Assembly (NCBI GenBank): GCA_965112735.1
Contig: OZ218950.1
Coordinates: 6,696,001 to 6,760,000, forward strand
Length of the DNA: 64,000 bases
Reading direction: 5' to 3'
Source of the DNA: Phaeosaccion multiseriatum
Lineage: Eukaryota; Protista; Ochrophyta, other classes
The translations under genes were made by a program, and so were the position numbers. The notes beneath the pieces are model-generated. The model saw nothing but the letters and a program-made list of their open reading frames with translations. It did not search any database and had not been told where the DNA came from. The first letter of the stretch is position 1; the number at the start of each line of letters is the position of its first letter. Shown here piece after piece: positions 25,501-39,919 of this stretch.

Positions 25501-26728
25501 TTAGTCATACGCCCCCCCGTCCTTCCCGGACTACCACAGCCAGGCACCCCCCACGCCCCTGCTGGGCAGCTACACTCGAAGCCCCCTGCATTCGAGTACG
25601 GCCGGGTCAGGGGCGAGGGTGAGGGTGAGGGTGTGAGGGTGAGGGTGAGGGGGAGGGTGTGAGGGTGAGGGGGAGGGTGAGGGGGAGGGTCGGGGTGAAG
25701 GTGGGGGTGAGGGTGAGGGTGAGGGTGAGGGTCGGGGTCAGGGCCACGGCTAGGGTCAGGGTCAGGCCAGGGCTAAAGGGTGAAGGCGATGGTAAGGGTC
25801 AGGGGTTTCTGTACCTGGCGTGTTGACGCACTGCGCGCTGCTGTGGCAGGTGTGGTGCCATGGGTGAGAGGTCCCCACTGAGCACTCGTCCACATCCTAA
25901 GGGGCCATGTATTGATGTATTTGCAGCGGAACAGGGAGTGAGACAACAGACAAGACAAAGAGCAATTGATACAAGGGGGGCTGTCAATACATCGTATGCG
26001 TCCAAACACTATGTGAGGAAGGGGAGGATTGATTCAGAGCAGCAGAGGGAGAGAGAGGAGAGAGAGAGAGCGAGAGAGAGACAGAGTGCGATAGCGAGAG
26101 AGAGTGCGAGAGAGAGCGAGTGGGGATGAGAACCCAGCCTGCCGTACCGTAATCTCGTAGGGGATGACGTAGCAGCCCGACGCCATTTGTCCACCGGCGG
26201 TGAGGCGGGAAATACGAGCTGTGACCTGGAATGAACCGACCTTTATAGCACCGGTACATCGAGGGTCGGACAGGGAGGGTAACGGGGAGGGACGTCGGAG
26301 AGGGGGAGGGGAGGGGGGGAGGGAAGGGGAAAGAAGGTCAGAGAAGAGGAAAAGGTGGTGGACGACAGAAGGCATAGAAGGATGTGCCGTACCTGTCGAT
26401 GCAAAGAGTCTCCCCTGAGCCCAATGTCTACGCTAAGCACGCCGTCAATATGCTGATTGATAAGCTTCATCAGCTCCCCCATGAGCAGATTATTGCTGTC
26501 TTGTGCGTCCATCTGAGACACCACTAAATGTTCCCCGGACAGCGTCGTGCATTGCGACTCCGTTTCCTCCGTGCCTTCTCCTCCTACTTCTGTTTCTATT
26601 GCTGCAATTCCTCCCGTTGAGGAGGCAGGTGCTGACTCTCCGAGAGCCGTGGCAAGCACCAAAAGCAGCACCAACCACCCCGTTTGGGCCGCCACGCACC
26701 ATCTCGGTCGTCTAGCAACGCGACCCAT
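21185..26728 (-). CDS. Single-pass membrane protein with signal peptide, Ca-binding EGF domains and Ig-like (DUF5011/HYR-type) domains
   Basis: Signal WLVLLLVLATALG; EGF DVDECSVG..HTCHSSAQCVNTPG/GFECSCP; Ig-like IFINGPSPLYLNQGDPYTEHGVTVVDEN...GEYSVLYSI; second EGF DTDE/CS..HNCDEMAACVNTEGSFHCTCPPGYAGDG; YNVQDAAGN; TM VAVGLAVLLVYTFAASFL. Not every internal junction was resolved. Confidence 0.8.
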
Positions 26729-27006
26729 CGTTCCCACGGTCCCACTCCCCGCTGTGGAGCTCCTCTATAACGCCTAACGGAGACACGGTTGGGGGCACAA
26801 GGAACAAGGTGAATTTCTACTTCAATTCCTTCGCCCCCCCCCATCCGATTCAGCACTCCACAGTGTTAAGGAGCGCAAGGGCTTGCGCAGGAGCAGCGCC
26901 ACTTGCTTGAGGGATCCTTCTCTCTAGGTGGGTGCTCCTTCCCGCTGAGGTGCCGAAAGCATCCGCAGGAAGGGGCGAGAAAGGGAGCCGAAAGTATCTT
27001 GCAGTC

Positions 27007-30000
27007 ATGCGCAAGGAGCTGCCCCAAGAGCAGCCGCAGCAGAGCGAGGACGAGGCCGCCCAGAAGCTCGACAATGAGTTCGATGTAAGTGAAGCTCAGA
27101 AAAGCTCTCCTGAGGGGATAGTGGCAGCGACCTGCTTCACCAGGCCAACACCAACAACATAGAGGAGGGAGTATTCGGGAACGCGGGAACGAAAACCCCC
27201 GCTCTATTTTCGCGTGCAATGTTGTAAGCTGCCTCTCCTTTTCAGTGCCCGTCTCCTTCTCTGTCAAGATTTTTTCCCCCTCCAACAGTCGGAGGGCTTA
27301 CAGTCGGAGGGCTTGTGGCTTTGTTGTCCGGGGGAAAGCAGGGGCGCGAATGAAGCACCACCTTGACAAACGCCTTGGCCCCTTCTTGCACGATAGGCTG
27401 CCAAAGCGGCGGTATGGGACTGCCGCTACACCAGCGCCTTCCAGAACAGCAAGATGCGCCTCTACGGGCTCTTTAAGGCAGCGGAGAAGGGCCCTTGCGA
27501 CACACGGAAGCCGCCCAAGCTGCCCGGGCAGGGTGAGTGACCGGAGGAGGACGACGACGACAACGAGGGCGAGGAGGAGGAACGAAGCGACTCGATATCA
27601 ATGTCTGAGTCGGAACCTCTGGAGGGAGGGCGGGAGGGAGGAGGGAGGAGGGAGGAGAAGCGAGAACGGATTCACTGCTTTGGAGAGAGAGGGCGGTCTA
27701 GAGGAAGGAGAAGGGAGGGAGATCTCTTGCTGCAAAGTCAGCCAGGGAAGAGGTGCCAGTGTCCGAAGCAACGGAGGCACGTCCCTTACCCCCCCATCCC
27801 TCTCCCCTCGCCTTGACGTCACCTCCGCTCCTCCATCCCTCTCCCTCTCCCTCTCCCCTCACCCTCCCTCTCTCTCTTCCACTGTCCCTCGCCGTCACCA
27901 ACCTGTTGTAGAGTACCACCGTACCAAGTGGAGCGCGTGGAGAGAAGCGTCCACCTTCCCCAGAGCGGAAGCCAAGAAGAGGTACATCGCTCTCGCTTAC
28001 CAGGTAGGTAGGTGGGAGGGAGAGGAAGTGGGCTATCGGTAGGACGGAGGAGGTGGGCTCTCCCCTCCTTGCTCCTCCCCCTCCTCCTCCTCCTCCTCCT
28101 CCTCCTCCTCCTCCTCCTCCTCCTCCTCCTCCTCCTCCTCCTCCTCCTCCTCCTCCTCCTCCTCCTCCTCCTCCTCCTCCTCCTCCTCCTCCTCACCTCC
28201 TCCTCCTCCTCCTCCTCCTCCTCCTCCTCCTCCTCCTCCTCCTCCAGATTATCTCGGAGAGCCATGCAGAGATCATCGCCCTCGAGGACGAAGGAGCTTC
28301 AGCTGCAGCCGGTGCCAGCACGGATGAGACGGAAGGGGGGGCACAGGAGGAAAGCAGCCTAAACGGTAGCGGCCCGGCCCCTTCCACAGAAGGAGGAGGC
28401 GAAGGCGAAGAGCAAGACGTCGACAGAGAAGGAGGAGGAGGAGGAGGAGGAGGAGGAGGAGGAGGAGGAGGAGGAGGAGGAGCAGCAGGAGGAGGAGGAG
28501 GAGGAGGAGGAGGGGAAGGGGGAGGAGCCCCCTTACCGCCGAAGGGCAAGAGCACGGGCCGCATGCGAAGGCTTGTGTCGAAGGTGACGCTCGTGCACGA
28601 CCCTGCCTCACCGCACATGCAGGAGATCAGGCGGCTCAATGACCGCAACAAGGAGCTGGAGAGCTACCTCAAGGACATTCACAATGAGTTGGAGGAGGTG
28701 GATGATAAGCTAGGTACGCAAGGAGGGAGGGAGGGAGGGAGGGATGGTATTCTTGGCTTCACTGCTGTCGCTGTTCGGTGCTTGCTCTCATTTATCTCTC
28801 ACACACACCCTCTCTCTCACACACCCTCTCTCTCCCTTCCTCTGTTTCTCACTCTCTCTCTCCTTCTGTTTCTCACTCTCTCTCCCTCTGTTTCTCACAC
28901 ACTCTCTCTCCCTCTGTTTCTCACATTCTCTCCGTCTCTCTCTCCCTTCCTCCCTCTGTTTCTCAAACTCTCTCCCTCTCTCTCTCTCCCTCCCTCTGTT
29001 TCTCACACCCTCTCCCTCTCTCTCTCTCTCCCCCTCTGTTTCTCACACTCTCCCTCTCTCTCTCTCCCTCTGTTTCTCACACTCTCTCCCTCTCTCTCTC
29101 CCTCCCTCTCTCCCTCCCTCTCTCCCTCCCTCTGTTTCTCTCACACTCTCTCTCCCTCTCTCTCTCTTTCTCTCTCTCTCCCTCTCTCCCTACCTCTCTC
29201 TCACTCCCTCCCTCTCTCAAACACAACACACGCTCCCTCTGTCTCTCTCTCTCTCCCTCTCCCTGGTGCAGCGGGCAAAGAACTGTCAGGGTGGCTGTAC
29301 CGCTGGTCCGAGAAGGACGCTTCCATGTGGGGGGGCAGCGTGTGGGAGAGGGGCTTCTTCTGCCTCCGAGCCAACACGCTCTCCATCTACTCCTCTGACA
29401 GGTACAGTCACAGGGGAAGCGATGGGAGGGGAGAGGAGGAGGAGGAGGAGGGGTGGGTGGGGTGGGGTGGGGAGGGGTGGCAGAGAGGAGGCGTGGCTAA
29501 GCAGCCTCGAATGTCCACGCCACCTTGGAAATCTATTCCCTCACGTCTGTTCCAAGGCCTCCCAGTGTCTCCTGCCCCATCAAATCAATCAATCAACAAA
29601 CGAACCAACCCATAGAACCAACCAACCACAGACCCACCCACCCACCCAACCAACCAACCAACCAACCAACCAACCCCCACGCAACCAACCAAAAGGCTCG
29701 ACAACTCGTTCTCCACACCGCTCGAGCACCTTCCTCCTGCCTTCATGGACACTTAACGAAACCGCGCCTCCCTGTCTCCTTACCGCCCCCTCTTTCCTGC
29801 CACCCCCTCCACTCCCCCACCCGTCCTCTCTCTCCCCCCTCCCTCCCTGCCAAACCCCAATACAGAGAGTCGACACCTCGCAGCGTCATCAACGTGTCCA
29901 GCCTCGTGCTGAGGGACGAAGGCGTCAAGGTAACAGCGATAGGAGCCATGTCTCTTGTGGTTGGCTGACTGACTGGTCGGGATGGGATATAGGGGTAGGA

Positions 30001-33000
30001 GCCTATGAAGCGGACAAACAGATGGGCAATCTCTCCTGTGGCTGGTACTGTATGACGGGGTAGGGTGTTTGATGAAATACTGAAACCGAAAAGTGAACTG
30101 AAACTGTCAACAGGTGGGCAAGAAGCTCAGCATGGGGCAGAAGAGAGACCACGAGATGCGGCTGCAGGAGGACCAGTCACAGAGGGGAGAGAGGGCAGAG
30201 GAGGTGGCTGGGCATCTGAGTGGCCAGGCGACCTCAGGTGAGTGAGTGAGTGAGTGAGTGAGTGAGTGAGGGAGGGAGGGAGGGAGGGAGTGAGTGAGGG
30301 AGGGAGGGAGTGAGTGGGGTGAGGGGTTGGGTGGGGCAGGGGGGGGGGGGGGGTTGTTGTTGTGCTTTCTCTACCGTGCATGTCCTTGCTGCTCTTGTGC
30401 CATCCTTCTTCGATGTTGTTTGGTTGCAAACAAAATGGGGAGGTCTTTGAACAACCTGCATTCAAGAGGAAATGAGGAAGGATAGACTCATTTTTTTTTT
30501 GCTGCGTTACTTGCTGCTCTTGTGGAATACCGCCCACCCCAACAGAACCCACTGCCTCGCAGCTCGACGGCGGGAGTGGCGGTGGTGGTATTCCTGGAGG
30601 AGGAGGAGGAGGAGATGGAGAGAGGCCTAGGTACCACATCTTCTCACTCTACATGCCGGGGACAGACCAACGGGTGAGAGGGGGACAACAAAGAAGAGAA
30701 GGCAAAGGGAGGAGAGCAGCAGCAGGAGGAGGAGGAGGAGGAGGGAAAGGGGATAAAATTGTTGCTTACTGCTCCGTCCAGCTCCCGCTCTACCTATATC
30801 TAGCCGCTCTACCTCTATCTAGCCGCTCTACCTCTATCTAGCCGCTCTACCTCTATCAAGCCGCTCTACCTCTATCTGGCCGCTCTACCTCTATCTAGCC
30901 GCTGAACCCATATCTAGCCACTCTACCTCTATCAAGCCGCTCTACCTGTATCTAGCCGCTCTACCTCTATCTAGCCGTCCTACCTCTATCTAGCCGCTTT
31001 ACCCAAGCCTTGAGTGGGCGATAGTCCGAGGCTGTGAAAGTTTCTCCTCTGCCGCTGCTGTGTCTGCTGTATCACCATCTGCTGTGCTTTGTGGAGGTGT
31101 GGCATGGTGATGGGTGATGGGTGTTGTTACCCTGACCGGACGATCCCTCCTCCCTCTCTTCCTCTTCTCCTCATCCTCGCACCCTCTCTCTCCCCCCTGC
31201 GCCCTCTCTCTCTCCCCTTGCACTCTCTCTGTCCCTCTGTCCCTCCCCCTCTCCTCTCTCCCTCCCTCTCTCTCCCTCCCTCTCTCTCCCTCCCTCTCTC
31301 TCCCTCTCTCTCTCCCTCCCTCTCTCTCCCTCTCTCTCCCTCCCTCTCTCTCCCTCCCTCTCTCTCCTTCCCTCTCTCCCTCCCCCTCTCTCCTTCCCTC
31401 TCTCTCCCTCCCTCTCTCTCCCTCCCTCTCTCTCCCTCCCTCTCTCTCCCTCCCTCTTCTCCCTCCCTCTCTCTCCCTTCCTCTCCCTCCCTCCCTCTCT
31501 CTCCCTTCCTCTCTCTCCCTCCCTCTCTCTCCCTTCCTCTCTCTCCCTCCCTCTGTCGTATCTTCAAGATTCGCGGCCCCAGTGCAGGCGTCGTGATGCG
31601 ACTGAGCAGCGAGGATGAACAAGCCGCCAAGATATGGATGGACGCCCTCCTGAAAGGTAGTACGTAGTACGACTTAAACTGATGCCATAACTTACCGACT
31701 TACTTTGTCCTGACACCTCGCTCCCCCCCGCTCCCTCCTCCCCTCGTTGTCCTGACACCCGGCAGCCTCCGTGAACCCGGACGATAGCGATACCTCCTCC
31801 TCAAGCAGCGGTGACAGCGACGGCGAGGATAGAGAAGAGCGGACGGGAGAGAGACCCTCGGTAAGTCAAGGAAGTTGGAAGGAAGGGAAGAGGGGATAGG
31901 GATGGGACAGGGAGGGGACACGAAACGAAAAGTAGAGGTACACGAAACGAGAAGTAGCGGGACCATGTGCCTACCATCGCTATCGCTCTAACTCACATCG
32001 CTTCCGTAACTCTTTCTTCTTTCTCTGTGTGTCTCTCTGTGCCTGTGTGTGTATGTGCGCGCCTGTGCTTGTGTGTGTCTATGTGCGCCATGTGTGTTTG
32101 TGCGTGTGCGCGTGTGTTCGTGTGTGTGTATGTGTGTGTGTGTGCGTGTGCGTGGTAGGCCGCTGCAAGTGCTGCAGCCCCCCCCCCTGCCAAGAAGGGC
32201 TTCTCTCCGATCAACTTCCCCGCATCGAAGACCATGCACACACAGGTATATGGGCACATGTTTGCCCTTCGCTCACGCCCCCACCCACCCACACAACTCG
32301 TGCCCCCTGTCGCTCCTCCCTTCCGCTCCAAGATAAGATAAGAGAAGAGAAAAGGCAGGAGGTGTCAGGAGTCGGTAGTATCAGGTGTCAGGATATTCGA
32401 TCAAAGTACCAAGTGTCAGGTGTCGGGAAAGGTCCATGTTGCCCTTCCCTCCCGCTCCGATCCAGTTAGAGGGGGCAATACACGCACCACTCACCCGGCT
32501 CCGCCCCTCGGCAGTCACCGCCAAGAACACTTGCCCGACCTCCTCCACCACCCTCCACCCTCCCCGCCATCTGTGACCCATCTGTGACTGACCACTCTTC
32601 CCACTCTCTCTCTCGTGTCTCTCTCATACGCTCTCTCCTCTCTGCCTCCCTCTCCTCATGTACCCTCTCTCTCCCTCTCTCTCCCTCTCTCTCCCTCCCT
32701 CTCTCTCTCCCTTTCCTCATATACTCTCTCTCTCCCCTCTCTCTCCCTCTCTCTCTCCTCACGCATCCTCTGCTCTCCCACTCTCTCTATCTGTCTCTCT
32801 ATCTGTCTCCCTCTCTCCCACTCTCTCTATCTGTCTCCCCCTCTCTCCCTCTCTCTCTCTCCTCATGTACCCTACCCACAGGTGCAGCCGAGTGTGCTGA
32901 GTACAGACTCTCCCGAACAGAACTACAGAGGCTTCCTGAACCTCATGGCCATACTCATGATCGCTTCCAACCTTCGCAACATCATCGCCAGCCTTCGCCT

Positions 33001-36000
33001 CTACGGCTTCCTCCTACGGATGCCTCGGCCTGTGAGTGACTTTTCTGCATGACTGACGGACTGATTGACCGACTGATTGACTAATCACCTCATTAGCTTG
33101 ACTGACTGACTGGCTGACTGACTGGCTGGATGACTTACTGACTGAGTGAGTAAGTGAGTGAATGAGTGGGTGAGTGACTCACAGGCTGACTGACTGACTG
33201 ACTGACTGACTGACTGACAGTCTGACTAGCAGCCTAACTGACTCCCTCTCCCCTCCACTTTTCTCTCCCCGCTCCCCTCTCCTCTCCACCCCTCCCTCCC
33301 CTCCCTCGCCTCCCGTCCCCTCCCCTCTCCTCTCTTCTCCTCTCCTCTCCTCTCCTCTCCTCTCCTCTCCTCTCCTGTCCTGTCCTCCCACCCCCAGTCA
33401 GAGGAGACCTTCCTCGAGTGGCCCTGTCTCTCAGGCACTTGCGCACTCACCATACACGTACTCATCGCTCTCGCCATCGAGAAGGTCAGTCAGTCACAGG
33501 GGTGCAACAGAACCACCGCCTCTTATCGTTCGACTTTTCGTAAACCAACTGAGCTGAACTGAGCTGAACTGAACTGAGCCTTTGGTGTCTATGAGTCAAG
33601 CATGACTTCTGAGAGGTCTCAGTTCGATTTTTGCGCCGGGCTGCCTCCCACCCTTGAACACATGCAATGCTCTGCCCTTCGACACATGCAAAACCCCAAT
33701 AGCCCCCGATACCCAACACCTAATACCCAATATATACCCCCCTTCCTCCCTTCCCTCTCCCATCCCTCTCCCCTCCCTCTCCTTGCCCATGTGCTTGACA
33801 GGCCTGCATGCCTCGACCTCGCAAGGGGCGTGGCCGTGGCCTGTACATTGGGGGGAGGCTGAGCTTGCTTCTGCACTCCATCAATATCTTGGTGGAGATC
33901 ACCATTCCCACCTACGTTGTGGTGAGTGAGTGAGGGAGGGAGTGAGGGAGGGAGGGAGGGAGGGAGGGAGGGAGTGAGGGAGGGAGGGAGGGAGTGAGGG
34001 AGGGAGGAAGGGAGGGAGGGAGGGAGTGGGTGAGGGAGTGAGTGAGGGAGAGAGAGAGGGAGGGAGGGAAGGAAAGAGGGAGGGAGGGAAGGACGGAGGG
34101 AGGGAGGGAGGGAGGGAGTGAGGGAGTGAGGGAGGGAGGGGGGGAGGGGAGGGAAGGGAGCTCCAACAAGGAGAGCAAACACAGAAGCTTGATATCGACT
34201 TCATTTATGGTGTTCCATATTGACAAAGGTCACATAACCTGAAGGGGAGGGAAGGAGAGCGTGAGCGTGAGTATGTGAGTGAGTCAGTGAGCGAGTAAGT
34301 GAAAGAGTGAGTATGTGAGTGAGTCAGTGAGTGAGCTCCCTCCCTTCCTCCCCCTGTCCCTCCCTCTCCCCCCCCCCTCACAGTGGCACAACAACGAGAG
34401 CCCGATGTTTGGGTTCGGTTACCTCTTCACGGCAACGGTGAGAAGCATAAGAATAAGAGTAGTGTTTGTGTGTGTGCGTGCGTGTGTGTGTGTGCGCGCG
34501 CGCGTCAATCTCCTCTGATCCTCCCCCTCTTTTGTCTTGTCTTTCTGCCTTCCTGCCTGCCTGCCTGCCTGCCTGCCTTCCTCCTGCCTCCCTCCCCTCC
34601 CCTCTCCTCCCCTCCTACCTCCCCCCCTTTTCTCCCTTCCTCTCCCCCTCCCTCTCCTCCCCTCCCCTCCCCTCCCTCTACAGATCCTGTGGATGAAGCT
34701 CGTGAGTTACGCACATGTCAACAGAGATCTCCGCCTCGCTTGGCAGGAGGCGGCAGCGGCAGCGCTGGCCAAGGACAAGGATGCTGACGTACGTGCTCCT
34801 ACTCAACTCAAACCCAAAGTAACGCTTGTCTCTCTTACTAAGCGCTGGCCTCTCTCTTTCATGTTCCGTTTAGCTTGTTGCAGAGTAAAGTGCAACCCCC
34901 CCCCCCCCCCGCAAACACACACGCGCTCTCTCTCTCCCTTGCCCCTCTTCGGGCTCTGACTGACACTCTGCCTCTCTCTTTTGTTGCTTCCCTCTCCTCC
35001 CCTCCCCTCCCCTCTTCCCCCCCCGCCTCCCTGCCCAGCCCGCTTCCCTTGACACAAACGATGCGGCTGCGGCGGCAGGAGCGGCGGCCACGGCGGAGAG
35101 GGTAAGTGAGTGGGACGGCACACAGTGAGTGGGACGGCACACAGTGAGTGGGACGGCACACAGTGAGTGGGACGGCACACAGTGAGTGGGACGGCACACA
35201 GTGAGTGGGACGGCACACAGTGAGTGGGACGGCACACAGCTCTCTCTCTCTCTCTCTATCTGTCGACCTGTCTCTCTCTCTCTTTGGAGGGGAAAAGAGG
35301 AGTAAGATGTGTGTGTGGAGGGCTGCTCTGACTCTGTCTCTGTGCGTGTCTTGTCTAACTGCCTGCCCATCTGCCTTCGTGCCTGCCCATATGCCTTCCT
35401 GCCTGCCCATACGCCTGCCTGCCTGCCCATATGCCCGCCTGCAGGCTATCCAGCTGGAGAGGGTCAAGTCCATGCGAGCTCTCTCCTCCTTCTCTCCCGA
35501 AGCAGCCGCCCCAACTCTCCGACGGCGGGCAAGCAGTTTCATCGTGCCCAATGCTTCGAGGCAGAGGGGAGGCAGAGGGAGGGGGGAGACTTTCGACGCC
35601 GCGAGGGGAGGCGGGGGGGCGGGGGCGGTGGTGTACCCTTTCCTCACGGAGTTCGCGAGGAAACATGGGGGCAGCGAGGGGGGGGGTCCTCGGGTGGTGA
35701 GGATGGCCTACCCCGCCAACATCACGCTTTGTGAGTTTCAAGCGTTGTTGTTGTTGTTGTTGTTGTTGTTGCTGTATGTTATTAGCATGCATCACCCTTT
35801 GAGAGTTTTTTAAGTTTTGTTGCGTGTTGTGGTGTTGGACTCCCCTCGCTCAAGCAAGAGGGGAAAGGAGAAGGAGGCGGGGTGTTCGAGCTTGCCCCTC
35901 CCCTCGCCCCTCTCCCCTCTCCCCTCTCCCCTGTCCGCGCCCTTTTTGATCGCCTTTCTCAACCTCTCTTCTTGACTTCCCTCTCTCTCTCTCTCTCTCC

Positions 36001-38398
36001 CTCCCTCCCTCCCTTCCTCCTCCCTCCCCGCACCACAGCCAACTTGCTCTACTTCTGGTTCGGTAAGTGGTGGTTCGACTAGCCATCTGTAAAAGGCCAT
36101 TTGTGTAAGTGAGGGTCTCGTAGTATTGTAAGTGGGCTACATCGGCACCCATGGACACACACTATCTCCCGCCGCCTCCCCTCCAGAGACAGAGAGAGAG
36201 AGAGAGGCCTCTCTAAACCCGCACGTGGGCCTTTGAGACCACACAATCAGTTACAAGATGGAAAGATTGTTTCTGGCCCTGATGACCACACACAATCACT
36301 CACGAGGTCTTTCTGGCCCCTCTGCCCTTACATCCCTACGTATACATATGTACTTAGTAATGTAAATACACCGCCTGTCTGTGTGCCTCTGCGCAGCCCC
36401 GACGCTCTCCTATCAGATGGAATACCCTCGAACAGAGAGAGTCTCGTGCCGGAGAGTGTTCGGCCTGCTGCTCCGGATGATCCTGTTTGGAGCTCTCACC
36501 ATCTTTATCATCGGGCAGGTGAGGGAGTTGGTGATACAGAAGGAACATGGACTGAGTTGGGATGAGATGAAGGGAAGGGAGGTGGGGTGGGGTGGACAGG
36601 AGAGGGAGCACGACTGATGAATGACGAGAGATGAGGTGAACATTGGATGGGGTGCTTTGTGTGTGTGGCCTGCGTGTCCTGCGTGTCCTGCGCCGCCCCG
36701 CTTCTTCCTCAAGTGCGCTCCTTCTTTGCCTCCGTCCACTGCCATCCACTGCCCTCCCTCCTCCCCTCCTCTGCTTTCCCTCTCGTGCGTGTGACTTGTG
36801 TGCGTCCGTGCGTGCGTGCGTGCGTGGGTGCGTGCGTGGCTCACCTCACACAGAGCATAATGCCGACAGTGCAGAAGACGTACTTGCCCATCGAGGAGTC
36901 TGACTATATCAGCACGGTAAGAGAGAGAGACAGAACACACACACAGCCGCACCATATACCTCCATGCTGACCCTCCATGCTCCTCCTGTAGGCCTCCCCT
37001 ACTGCTGTATCACCAACTGCTGCTGCCGCTGCTCTCCTGCTTCCCCTTGACTCTTGACCATGCAACGCAATGCAATGCTTCTCTTGTCTACCCTCTGCCC
37101 ATATGCCTGTCTCGTCGGCTCTCTGCCCATATGCCTGCCTCTCGCCTCTCTCCCTCATGCCCACATCCAGATTGAGCATCTCCTGTCTCTCGCAGCCCCC
37201 AATACATACGTATGGCTCCTGGGATTTTACGTCTTCTTCCACCTCCTTCTCAACCTCCTGAGTGAGGTGTTGCGCTTCGGAGATCGCATCTTCTACAGGG
37301 ATTGGTGGAACGCAAGAGACATTGAGGTGGGTGCTAGGGGGAGGGGGAGGAGGAGAAGGAGGAGGAGGGAGGGGCAGGGAGGAGGAGGAGGAGGAGGAGG
37401 AGGAGGGGGGAGGGGCAGGGAGGAGGAGGAGGAGGAGGAGGAGGAGGAGGAGGGGGGAGGGGCAGGGAGGAGGAGGAGGAGGAGGAGGAGGAGGAGGAGA
37501 GGCGGGAAGGAGGAGGCAGGAGGACGAAGACCGAAAAGAGGAGGAAAGGAGGTGCTGAGGGGTTACGGGAGCTTTGGTGATGGTGATGGAAGGGGAGGGT
37601 GAGGGAGCCTTGGTGATGGTGATGGTGATGGAAGGGGAGGGTGAGGGGCGACTTATGTTTTTGTGTGTGCCTTTCCTACTGTCCTCTCTGCCGATGCCGA
37701 CCTTTGCTTGCTCCCCCCCCCCCTCCTTGTCCCCATCCACTGCCATCCCCCCCCTTCTCCCCTCTCGAGCAGCAATATTGGCGTTTGTGGAACGCTCCCG
37801 TGCACTTGTGGATGGTGAGTGTGAGAGGGTGTGAGTGGGGGTGAGTGGGTGTGAGTGGGTGTGAATGAGTATGAGTGGGAGTGAGTGGGTGTGATTGAGT
37901 GTGAGTTGGTGTGAGTGAGGGTGAGTGTGAGTGTCAGGACAGTGGGACTGCAATGAGTGTGATTGGGTGTGATTGAGCGTGAATGCGTTTGATTGGGTGT
38001 GATTGAGAGGGGCTTGGGAGGGGGGGGTGGGATCGGGTCATATGAAGCGCACACATGATGCAGGTGTGATGTCAAGCACGGGGTGCGCATGAGGACACCC
38101 TTCATCTGCTCCCTCCTGTCCCTCCCTACCCGTACCCCCCCCACCCACCCATCCACTCCATGTTGTGTTCTCGTCCTCGACGGCCGCTTTCCCACGCCAC
38201 CCCCGTCCTCTCTCGAATACACTGAAACCGAAACTGAAACTGACACGGAATCCCCCCCAAACTCCTTTTCTCTGCGACAGGTCCGGCATCTCTACTTCCC
38301 GTGTCTAAGAGCAGGTGCGGTGCAATGTGCAGTCAAGGGCTACGCATGAGACAAAGTGCTGCAAGTGAGCCTGCTGCTGCTGCTCCTGCTGCTTGTTG

Positions 38399-38429
<31 letters not shown>

Positions 38430-38971
38430 CGCTGCTGCTGCTGCTGCTACTACTGCTATTGCTACTTCTACTACTACCGCTGCTGCTTCTACTGCTGCTG
38501 CACTCTTTGTCTTGAACCACGGATCAGCCCTCGAGTTTGAATTCCAGTTCCAGTCCAGCTCTAAATATATTCCCACACCTTACTCCCAACCCTGCCGCTG
38601 TATCACCCACTGCTGCTGCTGCTGTATCACCAACTGAAGGGCTTGGCAAGAAGACAACTAGCGCCCTCTGCTTCATGGTCAGCGCCTTCTTCCACGAGCT
38701 CCTCATCTCAGTGCCCTTCCGAATGATCAGGTACGTGCGTGCGTGCGTGCGTGCGTGCGTGCGTGGGTGTGTGAGTGCGTGCAAGCAGTCACAGTTGTCG
38801 ATTGCCTCTTCCCTTGGTGGTGATATGCCTTGGTTGGTGGTGGTGTGGCGTCAGCCTCATGCCTTGAAATGGTCCTGCGCCAGGGAAGCGCCATTCTCTC
38901 TTTGTTTGCCAGCAAGGAAGTATTCTATCTACCCACCCACAGAATCCACCTTGTCACCCCTCTCTGTCTGT

Positions 38972-39008
<37 letters not shown>

Positions 39009-39852
39009 TGTCTATCTGTCTGTGTGTCTGTCTGCCTGTCTGCCTGTCTGTCTGTCTGTCTGTCTGCCTGTCTGTGTGTCTGTCTGTCTGTCTGCCTGTC
39101 TGCCTATCTGTCTGTCTGTCTGCCTGTCTGTCTGTCTGTCTATACCGTCCCCTGCTCCCGCCCCCTGACGTCACTCGCTCTCTCCTCTCTGTCTCCCTCC
39201 CCCTTACGAAACTTCCTTTCCTTTCTCCTCTCCTTCTCTCTCTCTCGGTGTGTGTGTGTTTGCAGGTTTTACGCCTTCTTCGGTATGCTTGCCAACATCC
39301 CTTTGGCTCCAATCACGAAGAGCCTATCGAATCTCAGCCTCTTTGGAGGGGACAGCCAAATCGGCAACTGGTAAGTAGCCGTGAGGAACGGCACTCCGAG
39401 ATGCTTGACATGGGGGGAGGTGTAGATGACTGCTTGACATGGGAATGGGTGTCAAGTGAAAGTGAAGCAGATTGTGAGGGGAGTGACGTGAGAGTGAAGT
39501 CAGTCAATGAATGCGAGTTGAGCGGTCGGCTCCTCGCGTTGGCCCTCATTCGTTCCTCCTCCTCTCCTCATCCTTCCCCTCGCTGCCCTCTTCTCTTTGT
39601 TGCTCCGTACTCTCTCTCTTGTTTTTGTTGCTCCTTTTGCCCTCTCTGTTGCGATGGCAATCAATGTGTGGCAGGGTGTTTTGGCTCGCGTTTTGTGTCC
39701 TCGGTCAGCCCATGTCCCTCTTGCTCTGTAAGTGGCGGCGCAGCTGCGAGGGGTGATTCGTGTTGTTGTTCGGGCCTTGCGTGTGCCGTTAACCCAGAAC
39801 ACAAACATAAAAACACACACGCACACATGCACACACACATACATACACATAC

Positions 39853-39919
<67 letters not shown>

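Noticed and set aside
28744-30063. Long ORFs rich in SL/PPP/EEE/CV/HT here and throughout (e.g. 21438-22338, 30999-31667, 38537-40123)
   Set aside because: They translate intronic microsatellites that lack stop codons; only the embedded short exons are real.
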